Shown one piece after another: positions 1 through 9,549 of a DNA stretch of 60,713 nt; the first letter of the stretch is position 1; every line of letters begins with the position of its first letter. Origin of the DNA: Savitreella phatthalungensis (taxonomy: Eukaryota); assembly GCA_051599415.1 (NCBI GenBank), contig AP039691.1, positions 682,001 through 742,713 of the forward strand, written 5' to 3'. Below the pieces are notes generated by a model that was not told the origin of the DNA, searched no databases, and was given only the letters and a program-made list of their open reading frames with translations. Position numbers and translations under genes: made by a program.

Positions 1-436
1 CATCACGATGCGTCATGATGATTTTGTAGGTCTCGTCAGAGATCATCGGGCTAGGCTTGTTGTTCTTCGGGTTGACATAGGTGTATAAGTCATGCACGAC
101 CGCTGAGAATGATTTCTTGGTCTGCTTGTGCAGGTTTGACACGGCGATGCGTGCTGCGAGAATGGCATAGTCAGGATGCTGAGTGGTCATGTACGCTGCC
201 GTCTCCGCGGCGAGGTTGTCGAGTTCAACGGTCGTGACACCTTTGTATACGCCAGAAATCACCTTCTGGGTGATCGCCTCCGCGAAAACGTGCTCGCCAT
301 CGAGATTGTAGCACAGTCTGGCGACGCGCGAAGTGATTTTGTCGAATTGGACGCGCTCCTTGCGGCCGTCACGCTTACTATAAAGAGGTCAGTCAACAGA
401 TTTCGAGAGGTATGGATTGACGTACATGACAAACAT
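1..436 (-). CDS. RNR1: Ribonucleotide reductase large subunit, N-terminal part (runs off the left edge); exons 436-426 and 377-<1
   Basis: Splicing a 48-nt GTACGT...CTGAC...TAG intron (425-378) gives [30 protein letters not shown]...[43 protein letters not shown], the ATP-cone N-terminus of RNR1/cdc22. Confidence 0.96.
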
Positions 437-623
437 GCCTCAGGGCGACTTCGTAAGGATAGACTGCTTGTGGACGAGGCGGACCGTACCTTTTATGGAA
501 GTGTCTGTCTGGCTGTCTGTGGTCGGGCGATTGCGTCTGAGGTGACACGCTATACCCAACACGTACTCGAGGAATGTGGTTGGATGGCTGAATGACAAAT
601 TAGAATGGAAAAAATTAATCAAA

Positions 624-825
624 ACGCGTCTGATCCGATATATGTCACGCGTATGATACTTAGCTAGCTAGCTATGGACCTGATAAATGCAATTAATTGC
701 TCTAAAGATTGAACGCGTCTCATCAGAATCAACTAGACAAGCAAAATCCGCGTCAAAATTAGCTAGCCATTTGACCGCGTCTCCTGTGTGAGCAGAGTTT
801 GGAGAATGACGCGACTAGATCGCGT
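624..825. promoter_or_regulatory. Cluster of MCB (MluI cell-cycle box) elements upstream of RNR1
   Basis: Perfect ACGCGT at 624-629, 647-652 and 713-718, plus CGCG-core near-matches at ~748, ~775, ~808 and ~821. MBF control of RNR1/cdc22 is well established in yeasts. Confidence 0.75.
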
Positions 826-1763
826 TTGGTCCACAGTGGACAGGAATTGAGAATCAGGTATGTAGTCCCACTGTTGCCCTAGCAAGCTAATGCTTGATTA
901 AAGTCACATCCAAGGGAAATACACATATCAGATGAAGAACCCGGAAAACAATGCATCTGCCATCATTCATACGCTCCCGGCGGTGTTTCATCAACAGTTC
1001 ACAAACGCCAGCTGTGTGATCCAGGAGTCTTGTGAGTGTGAAACATGTGCTGGCAGTGCTAGCAAAGAAACCATACAAATGATGTCCATCTTGTCCCTGC
1101 TCAACCACGCGAGAAGTCTATGGGCGCTGCTCGTGTGTACGATTCAATACAGATGGAACGCCCGGGCTCTTCGACAAGCGACCGCTTATGTCGCGAGCGG
1201 ATAGAGACGAAGTCAAATTCCCTCCAAGGACGCTCGCCTCGGAATGTGTAGCTAGATGCCTTTCACTCAAGGCGAATTGGAATAGAGCGGATTGCAGACG
1301 GGGTGGAATGTCTTGTATAGAGAGGTCCGTGCAAGCCACCGTCACAAGAAGGTGATCAGTCGACGGAGATCGTTGCAGTTGAAAGCGCTCTTCACCTGAT
1401 TTGCATGCTTTTTGCTCAACGTACGTAGCGCCATTGAATTATTTTCCTTCAGTTCATCCTGAGCTTTACATGATCAGCACGTGCACCATTGTCTGACTAC
1501 TGCCGCAACTCGGAAATTTGAGCGTGCAACTAGAGCGATGATTTTTCGATATCGATCAGGTCTTCGCTCGAATTGATCGAGCTGATTTGGTTGCTACCAC
1601 CACGCTGGCTTTGCATTGTGGTAAACAAGGTGAGCTATTGAACATGATATCCTGTGTGCCTTTGAATGCGCCCTATATTGTAAGGCGTCCTTGAGCTTGT
1701 GCGATCTGCAAACTCGCTACTACGGGAGATACGTGGTTCCTCTCTGGGCGGGCCTCCATCAAC

Positions 1764-2666
1764 ATGGCATCGAATCTGTGGTCAATGGCGAAATCGTCAG
1801 AAGGACAGCGGCCTCTGCTGATATTGACGCTCGCAGCAATGCCAGATCCAGAATTCACTGCACCGGACCTGCTCGTCGAAGAGGCTATCCACATCATCGA
1901 AGAGGCTACTCAGCATACGGACGACCGCAGATATGACCTAATCGTCTTTTGCGCAGGCGTGAGTCGCGAGTCTCGGCCGTCACTTGCCTGGATAGTGCGG
2001 GCTTTCAAACATATTCCTCGACGCTACAAGAAGAGCATAGCACGCCTGTATCTTGTGCATCAGAGAACGTGGATCCGCGTCGCTACGCAGGTCCTTGAGC
2101 ACCTTGTCAGCGCAAAATTTCATCGCAAGATACACCATGTAGAGACCTTGGCACAGCTTCGGAGCGACTATCAGCACGTGCATCAGCGTGTCATTGGAAC
2201 GCTGGGGCTAACTGTCGCACAAGCGGAAGGCAGTGACGAAGTATCGACGGCCGCTCTCGTTGTTATACCTCCAATATGTCGAAGGCCACGAGCTACATTC
2301 GGGACAGAGACGGGCGAACGACCACCGCTGCCACCGCGCAGGGACAAACGGCCTGAGTCTGCACCTTTGGTCCTCGCCGACGAGTCCGATGAGGTCTCAG
2401 CCCCTCGACATTCACCAGCCCGGGCATGCTCGGCTCCACAGAGCAGTCACAAGATTCTACTATCCGTGCGTTCGACTTCCGCAACATTGCTGAAAGCGAC
2501 CAGTGGGCCCTTGACGCCAAAGGCCGGCTCAAAGCTCAATCAATACGTCCCACAAGCTGTACCAGCAATGAAAAAGCCATCGCGGCTCAAAGCACCCGGC
2601 AAAGTCAATGACCTGTGCCGCTTGTTTGAGACGCGCGCACAGATCAACATGGCACTCACCGAATAG
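1764..2666 (+). CDS. BCH/CRAL-TRIO_2 domain protein (Ecm25-like N-terminus) with disordered C-terminus
   Basis: PSLAWIVRAFKHIPRRYKKSIARLYLVH...W...LVSAKFHRKIHHVETLAQL matches the BCH (CRAL_TRIO_2) pattern. Confidence 0.75.
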   Translation: MASNLWSMAKSSEGQRPLLILTLAAMPDPEFTAPDLLVEEAIHIIEEATQHTDDRRYDLIVFCAGVSRESRPSLAWIVRAFKHIPRRYKKSIARLYLVHQRTWIRVATQVLEHLVSAKFHRKIHHVETLAQLRSDYQHVHQRVIGTLGLTVAQAEGSDEVSTAALVVIPPICRRPRATFGTETGERPPLPPRRDKRPESAPLVLADESDEVSAPRHSPARACSAPQSSHKILLSVRSTSATLLKATSGPLTPKAGSKLNQYVPQAVPAMKKPSRLKAPGKVNDLCRLFETRAQINMALTE

Positions 2667-3445
2667 CGTCTTTCTGTCACACTACAACGATCTCGTGTCA
2701 CACATCCAGGGCCATGATTTAAGATTTCCTGCGAAATGTCTCGCAGCTGGGGTGCATTTTATGATGATCGGCACGAAGCTGGCAGACCGCTAAGACTTGC
2801 TCGATAGGGCAATTTACCTCGGCACAGAAAGTCTTCCGGTGATACTAATGCAACACGATAGACCAATATACGTCGCCAACGCAAAATGCCACATAACACA
2901 ATACAGTGGCTGGATGCATGCTATTTGGCATCAACTCGAGGTGTAGGAGAGACCTGTACACTGACCGATGCAAATATGGCGGGACCTGCTCAGACAGATG
3001 CTGTGGAACAATTTGCAGGTCATGAGAGTCTTTGGTGTTTTGCGCGCACACCTGTATGCTAGTGCCTGCATTGTGTGAAGTGAAAGTGAGTTTCGCGCGG
3101 GGAAATGTGAAATTCTTGAGACCGCAGCCGCTCTTGCCATAGACTGGGCGCCCTGATCCTGATCTGGACGAGGTGACTATTTTAGGATGAGGCTGTGAGC
3201 CGTGGCGAAAGCCCCGCTTACCCGCCTTCGTCGTGGGCCCAAAGTTGTTCAGGCAGGCTGTGCCAGATTGCATTGCGTTCGCTACCTCTAGCGTCATGGC
3301 TTCTTCAGCATGGTCGAGTCGATCGAAACTCGTCGGAGATCACTAGGTGGAGCGCTGGAGGTCTATTGTTGAAGGACTTAGCCTCTCCATCAAGTCGACA
3401 CGACGCTGTTCAACAGCTTTGAAGACACAAGACGACGCTCACATC

Positions 3446-4306
3446 ATGTCAGCGAGTCCATTACAAAAGTCTATCAGCGGACAGTCTGCATCATTGCTGA
3501 GCAGCGATCGCCGCGCAAGCTTTCAGAGCGATGAGTCCGAAGTTGACCCGATGCTGCGCAGCCTGTCGCACGAGCAGATAAATCTCGCCATTGCCGAACA
3601 TCGTCCGCTCATCGAGGAGGTCGAGGCGTGGTTTGTTTCAAAGGCCAAGGACGAGAAGCACCTTGAAGCATTCCGACAGGACAAATGCAAGATTCAGTCG
3701 TTACGCACGACATCTGGCGGTAACCTCGTCGATGTACGCCTCAAACAGCGCCCACTCATGGGCGGCCACCACATAATTGTTGATGGGGAGGCAGATGATG
3801 CCCTTCTTGCGAAATTGCAGGCTTACACAAACCACTACCGCGAGTTCGACAAGTACTTTCGCGAACTCGAACGTCGGCAGAACGAACATCAGGCCGTAGC
3901 ACCCGCCAGGCACGAGTCAGTCGAGATGCAGGTGCGATCGCTTCAGCAACAGGTCCGTGGTCTTGAAGGACAGGTCCGCGCTATGAAAGAGCTACTCGCC
4001 GAGATTTACTATTGTCCGGGAATGCCATGGCAAACATCTGGTCAGTCACAGCAACAGAGCAATGTCAATGGCGCTGGTCAATACGCCCCTGTCGCTGTCA
4101 ATGGTTCTGCAGCTCCCAAGCTCGGTTCGATCAGTGCGCCCTCGATCTTGGCAGACTCGATCCCTCTCGGCTATCGATCAGGCTCAGCGACTTCGGCAAA
4201 TCATGACATTCAAGTAGGTAATAGCGGCAGTGGTAGCACTGCGAGCGCCGGGCGCACAACCGCGTCTACGAACCCCCTGGGCCACGAGCCACGTACAGCC
4301 GCCTAA
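3446..4306 (+). CDS. Hypothetical protein with central coiled coil
   Basis: Long ORF with first ATG at 3446; heptad segment VEMQVRSLQQQVRGLEGQVRAMKELL; low-complexity Ser/Gly tail. Confidence 0.7.
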   Translation: MSASPLQKSISGQSASLLSSDRRASFQSDESEVDPMLRSLSHEQINLAIAEHRPLIEEVEAWFVSKAKDEKHLEAFRQDKCKIQSLRTTSGGNLVDVRLKQRPLMGGHHIIVDGEADDALLAKLQAYTNHYREFDKYFRELERRQNEHQAVAPARHESVEMQVRSLQQQVRGLEGQVRAMKELLAEIYYCPGMPWQTSGQSQQQSNVNGAGQYAPVAVNGSAAPKLGSISAPSILADSIPLGYRSGSATSANHDIQVGNSGSGSTASAGRTTASTNPLGHEPRTAA

Positions 4307-5336
4307 TTGAATGTAGTAAGAGTATGCGTGCGTCAGATTCGCGAATCATCGGATGTATATGTGACTCGAGCATTATTGTGGTTTACATGTGCAGCGCTCG
4401 TCCTTCGGGACATCTTTCAGTGCTGCCTCGATGTGGTTGCCGCAACCCGCCCAGGTCGGCTTATTGCAGGTAGAACAGGTTGTTTTGTAGCACATGACTT
4501 GCCTTTGAGAATCTTAGCGTTCGACTCGTGACTTTTTCGTGATGGCCTGGAAGATGCGACTCTGATGCTGGCTTAATCAGAAGACTTTATAGTAAGGCCT
4601 GTGGGTCTGGGGGAGATGCACCCGTCGATATGCATTTCGTACATCAGCATGCGTTCCGGCAAATGAAATAATTGCTCCCCACTGACCGGCATATGAAATT
4701 TCAAACCCCGCTGCAAAGTACTGCTCCGGCCGAATTCAGATTCAGGGATCTCCCAGATAGTTGTGGAAGGCCTCCAGCTCGCGCCGTGGAGTCGAGCAGG
4801 ACATGTTGATCTAATTCAGCTACCTCTGGGGAAGGAGGTCGCCAAGACGTCTGGACATGACTGTGGCAACTGCGCGCGCGTCACCGGAACACAGTATTGC
4901 GAATAACACTATAAGGTATACCGTTCAGTCGATAAGGTAACGTCGCCAGCAACATAGATTGACGGACCAGTGATTGTGTATAAATACTGCCCGTCCCACG
5001 GCACAATTGACTATCTTCACATATGTAGCTTCTCTGTTTCTGCGAGAGTCGCATGCATCGTGCATATGTGTACGTATGTATATGTATTCAGATCTGCAGA
5101 ACCGAACAGATAATTATCCCAAGTAGAGCACGAGAAGACCGCCTTTAGATACTTTTTAATCCCTGCTCTCATGCACATTCCCTTCAGATCTCACGTCAAT
5201 TCGTATTTGATCAAAGCAACGTAAATGAATGTGCGCGTATACACGTAAACACGGTAACCGCCAGTCTCTTCCACGTCCATACGTGCAGTATATCCTAAGC
5301 CGAAGATCCGCTTTGGTGTTACGCATCAGATCCAGT

Positions 5337-5725
5337 ATGCGCTCCTCACTTGCGCAATCCTCACACAAATCCAGGTAGGTCCTTCCGCCCGTGCGGTCGA
5401 TTTCCTTGGCCGCTAACGATTTAGGCAATTGTCCCATCTCCATTCACAACTCGCGCAGTTGCGGGCGCACCTGTCTGATCTAGATTCTCATCTCCGAGTC
5501 ACCAGCATCCAAGCCGAAGCGATCAGACGGCTTGGCGGGTTGCAAGCGGGTTTATTGTAAGTGATCCCGCATGCGGATTTCGCGGTCATATCGCGCATCG
5601 GGCCCGCGTCCTCCAGATACAGCTCGGCCCACATCGAACGAGACACAAACTGACAATCTAGTATGGCTGCCTCGCAGGTGCTTGGAGAAGAATCTATCGG
5701 CAGACATCAAGAATCCAGTACTTAG
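5337..5725 (+). CDS. HSK3: DASH/Dam1 complex subunit Hsk3; exons 5337-5374, 5425-5556, 5662-5725
   Basis: Introns GTAGGT..GCTAAC..TAG (50 nt) and GTAAGT..CTGAC..TAG (105 nt). Spliced product MRSSLAQSSHKSRQLSHLHSQLAQLRAHLSDLDSHLRVTSIQAEAIRRLGGLQAGLFMAASQVLGEE... fits the Hsk3 consensus. Confidence 0.88.
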
Positions 5726-5909
5726 GTCTTATATGTATACTCTTTGAAACAATGACGCCTGATAGTATCGTTGTGCGCGCAGCACAGGTGCGGCTCCACA
5801 CCTATGGAAGATCATTGTCAAGATCTGGGGATCGTGGAATGCTCGGCTGGTCCGCAGCTTGATTTGCGACAACACTTGTTGAACGCAGATGATAGACGAG
5901 TTTGTGGAC

Positions 5910-6152
5910 TCAAGGGCCTGAAAGGCTCAATTTTTCTGGACAGCTAGGAATCTGACGATCATGCTTGGCGTACCATCTACGGCAGCAATCGTAGAGGTCA
6001 TCTATAGCTTTCTGGCATCTCTTCTGATTGTAGTCGTTCTTGGCCAGACAAGACTGTAACTTGCATGTGAGAAAGCTGTTCCTCGGGTTAGTGTGGTCGC
6101 CTCGTTCATGTGCAGAGGCTTCTTACTGACATGCATCAGACGTCTCTGTCAT
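5910..6152 (-). CDS. CMC4: Cx9C mitochondrial intermembrane-space protein Cmc4 (MTCP1/p8 family), 63 aa; exons 6152-6127 and 6075-5910
   Basis: 51-nt GTAAGA..ACTAAC..CAG intron. Product MTETSDACHFLTCKLQSCLAKNDYNQKRCQKAIDDLYDCCRRWYAKHDRQIPSCPEKLSLSGP has Cmc4 cysteine spacing. Confidence 0.88.
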
Positions 6153-6269
6153 TGCTGGTTGATGTTGGAAAGAGCCTGAGGCTGGCGCATCAAATCCTTG
6201 GCTCAGAATGCATGTCGGTATTCAATGTTGATGAGGTTGATATCCACTAATTTGGCAGTTGACATCAAT

Positions 6270-6366
6270 GGCTGCGTGGTCTAGGGGTTATGATTTATCC
6301 TTGCCAAGCCTGAAGTGAATTCAGTGTTGTCTGGATGAGACGCGGATTCGAGTTCCGCCGCAGTCA
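6270..6366 (+). tRNA. Intron-containing tRNA, anticodon GCC (Gly), with atypical acceptor and T stems; intron 6307-6331
   Basis: Cloverleaf: acceptor GGCTGCG/CGCAGTC+A; D arm GTCT-AGGGGTTA-TGAT; anticodon stem TATCC/GGATG with mature loop TTGCCAT; 4-nt variable loop; T arm GCGGA-TTCGAGT-TCCGC; 25-nt intron after position 37. Confidence 0.85.
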
Positions 6367-6367
6367 A

Positions 6368-6376
6368 TTTTTTTTT
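6368..6376 (+). terminator. RNA polymerase III oligo-dT terminator of the tRNA
   Basis: Run of 9 T beginning 2 nt after the discriminator base. Confidence 0.8.
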
Positions 6377-6663
6377 GCATTCTCTGCTTTTACCTTCCCT
6401 CGTTCCCCTGTCTTTCGCGCTTCTATATCGCGATATCTAGCAAAAGGACAATTTTCGTAGCACGGTCGATCAGTGGATTCGTAAGGGTGGCCCTATAGGC
6501 AAGACTATGTGCTTGGACTTCGATAACGCAACAGAGTATGTCTCCCATTCTGTTGATACCATGTTTGGTCTGCCTGATATAATGATGCTAGCATGACACG
6601 TTCGCATATCGGCCGCTTCAGCCGTCACATTCCGCTGCACAACAAAACTCCTACTGGTCGTCG

Positions 6664-7887
6664 CTATGAATTATTGCCGCGCAGCAAAACAGCAGATGTT
6701 ACGACGGCGAGAATGACCGCAGGCGTGAACAGACACGCCATGGCACGATTGAGCAGAATCACATCGCGCGATCTGCAATGGATGATACTCTGGGGCCGAG
6801 CGTCAACTTGTCGCACCGCGACGAAGAAGCCAGCGTGCACCCAAAGTGGTGCACAAAGGAAACCGAGCACGAAAAATCTACTCAGTCGTCTGAGTTCTGC
6901 CGCATCTCTCTCTGCAGTGAGCCGATCTACTGCCGAGTGATAATAGCGCACCTGTTCTAGTCGACGTGGTCGTAGAGTCAAAGGAACCTGAATTCCGGGT
7001 TCCAGGTCGATCATATCCTCGGGAGCCGAGGCCAGCGTTGCAGTGTCTTCGAACTGTAATGGATCCGACTCCCCAGTCCTCTGGCAGCACACCGATCGCT
7101 GCTCGCCTGATGCGTTTGTGCGGATGGAAGAAGCTTCAGAGAGACGCGATCTGGAGTATTTGATGGTAGGCTGTATGACCGCAGAGCCGTGTCTCGCTCC
7201 TGCATCAATATGATTTCCAGGCCTCATGCTTTCGAGGAAATCGATCGAGGCAAATCTATCACGATTCGCCGAAGCATTTCTCGTGGAAAATAGCATAGAG
7301 ATCTGCGCACGGGTATCTGCCGGCTGATCCAGCCAAGCTGGCGTCCTCTTGCGAAGCATCGACCTCAAGGCTAGCTCGAGCTCGTCAGAATCACTCCTCG
7401 ATCGACGTAATTTTGCTAGGACCCAAGGGCAAGCAGAGTTCGAGGAGACCTTGGAGCTTATCCGCGAAGCGTGTCTTGATCTTTGAAGTGGATACATTGG
7501 CCGCTGGTCTTTTGCTAGCAGAGCATGCCTCAACGTAGTATTCCGGCTCCCTTCACCAGTGAACACCGTGTCGTCCGTCCAATCACTCTCGGAAGCACTC
7601 GCACGGAACATCGTGTAGGAGTACCGGGAAGGCTCAGAGCTGGGTCGACTCGACCAGGTTCTGCAATCAGCTCGCGCACTCTTTAGCGCCGCTCGGTCAA
7701 CCTCTGAAGCGGCCGAGCACTGCTCCGTGGGCATTTTTGGGAAGCATGCTACGGCCAAGCTTGTCATCGGACGATCAGATGGTAGCTCTCCTCCCTCATA
7801 ACGGGGCTTATCACTCTCGGTGGCACTATCCCACGAACCATCTGATCGGACATGCTCCTTGAAGCTGCCAAGCCTGCGTAGCGACAT
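6664..7887 (-). CDS. Hypothetical membrane protein (disordered N-terminus, two C-terminal hydrophobic helices)
   Basis: 407-aa ATG ORF; hydrophobic segments FFVLGFLCAPLWVHAGFF and ACLFTPAVILAVVTSAVLL. Confidence 0.65.
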   Translation of the reverse strand: MSLRRLGSFKEHVRSDGSWDSATESDKPRYEGGELPSDRPMTSLAVACFPKMPTEQCSAASEVDRAALKSARADCRTWSSRPSSEPSRYSYTMFRASASESDWTDDTVFTGEGSRNTTLRHALLAKDQRPMYPLQRSRHASRISSKVSSNSACPWVLAKLRRSRSDSDELELALRSMLRKRTPAWLDQPADTRAQISMLFSTRNASANRDRFASIDFLESMRPGNHIDAGARHGSAVIQPTIKYSRSRLSEASSIRTNASGEQRSVCCQRTGESDPLQFEDTATLASAPEDMIDLEPGIQVPLTLRPRRLEQVRYYHSAVDRLTAERDAAELRRLSRFFVLGFLCAPLWVHAGFFVAVRQVDARPQSIIHCRSRDVILLNRAMACLFTPAVILAVVTSAVLLRGNNS

Positions 7888-8208
7888 CGAAAACCGACAC
7901 GTCGCGGACGAGACACAGAGGCGGAGGATCGCACTTCAAAAATCATGCGAACGAGCGTCATGGTGGCAGCCGCTCGCAAGAGGCCCTGGATGGTTCGCGT
8001 GTGCAACATCAGCTTCTGCGTCCTCAAGGGAAGCGAGATTGCACAGACATCAGATGATAGCCACCGGGCACGTTGCCTCTCGGCACTTCCACGCATCCTT
8101 TGTTGGACCACGTTCAGATTGATAGCACGCAGAACTCAGTGCGGACTGGCGTGTAACAGATTTATTCTTCTTTGTCGTGCGCTATGAGATTTGCGTAGTC
8201 AGGATGCC

Positions 8209-9549
8209 CTATAGTCTGGCCTCGGCTATGAGGAACTCGCTGAATTGCTTCGATCTGACGCGATCCAGATCGGCGCGAGTGATGCCACGCACCTCGACTG
8301 CCGGGTTATAGCCCGCACGCGTGCGACCGTCTTCGTCGACGTTTGACGAATAGTCTGGCTTACCCAGAATGGTGACGACAGCTGTGCCGCCGAGACCGAG
8401 GTTGTGCACAAGGCCGTACTTGAGGTCCGGTACTTGTCGCTTTCCAGCCCAGCCGCGCATCTGCCAAACAATCTCGGTTAAGGAGCCGATACCAGTGCTG
8501 CCGAGTGGATGTCCGCGGGCAGTAAGATCGCCTGATGGAGCAAGCACATATTTCCCACCGTAAGTAAGGTCTCCTGAGTCGATGAGCTCGTGTGCTTTTC
8601 CAGGCTCCGAAAGACCGAGAGCGTCGATGCAAATCAGAAGGTTGTGCGAAAAGCAGCCGTGAGCTTCGATGACGCCAACATCATCCGGCGTGATGCGAGC
8701 CTTCTTGAAGGCGGTCTGCGCAGCCCGGCGTGTCATGTCTGCGCCGGCTAGCTCAATTGATGAGCGAGAATATGCCGCTGGCGAGTCTGTTGCGAGTGCC
8801 TGCGACATGATCGGAACGGCCTGGTTGGCCAGCTCGGGGTGTCGATCCAGCCAGCGCTCGCTGACGAGAATGGCAGCAGCCGAGCCATTAGATGTTGGGC
8901 AGCACATTAGACGAGTCATCGCAGCCTTCTTGTATACCACCGGGGCATTTCGAATCTCCTCAATCGTGTATTCACGGTTCAGCTGGGCATAAGGATTATT
9001 GACCGAATGCTTATGGGTCATGTGTGCGAGCTTCTCAATATGCGAAGTGTTCGAACCGTATTTCTCGTGATATTCCAGCGCGGCATTGCCAAAGTATTGA
9101 GCTGCACCAGGAGCTTTGAAGTCGAAGCCAACCGTTTCGGCCATCATGTCGACCGTACGTCCCAGCGGATTGACGCGATCGTCCCAGTGTGCTTTAAGCG
9201 GACCGGCCGACATCTCCTCGAATCCGATAGCCATTGCAACATCACATTGCCCACCGAGAATGGCGTTGCGTGCCAGCCAAAGAGCAGATGATCCGGTCGA
9301 GCAATTCGAGTTGACATTGACAATTGGTATCTGCGTCATGCCAAACTGGTAGAAGGCACGGTGACCGCATGTAGAATCACCATAGACGTATCCGGCGAAG
9401 CCCTGCTCGACATCGTCATACGTGATGCCTGCATCAGTGAGCGCTTTGACACCGGACTCCAATGCCATGTCAGTGTATGACACAGGGTCAGAGGGCTTTC
9501 GGTACTTCGTCTGACCGACGCCGAGAACATAGACGGTTTGAGAAGCCAT
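8209..9549 (-). CDS. SCPx-type (SCP2) thiolase, peroxisomal
   Basis: YVYGDSTCG, NVNSNCSTGS (catalytic Cys), GHPLG and HNLGLGG motifs; C-terminal PTS1 -ARL. Confidence 0.9.
   Translation of the reverse strand: MASQTVYVLGVGQTKYRKPSDPVSYTDMALESGVKALTDAGITYDDVEQGFAGYVYGDSTCGHRAFYQFGMTQIPIVNVNSNCSTGSSALWLARNAILGGQCDVAMAIGFEEMSAGPLKAHWDDRVNPLGRTVDMMAETVGFDFKAPGAAQYFGNAALEYHEKYGSNTSHIEKLAHMTHKHSVNNPYAQLNREYTIEEIRNAPVVYKKAAMTRLMCCPTSNGSAAAILVSERWLDRHPELANQAVPIMSQALATDSPAAYSRSSIELAGADMTRRAAQTAFKKARITPDDVGVIEAHGCFSHNLLICIDALGLSEPGKAHELIDSGDLTYGGKYVLAPSGDLTARGHPLGSTGIGSLTEIVWQMRGWAGKRQVPDLKYGLVHNLGLGGTAVVTILGKPDYSSNVDEDGRTRAGYNPAVEVRGITRADLDRVRSKQFSEFLIAEARL

Noticed and set aside
176..595. 139-aa + strand ORF
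   Set aside because: Antisense shadow of RNR1.
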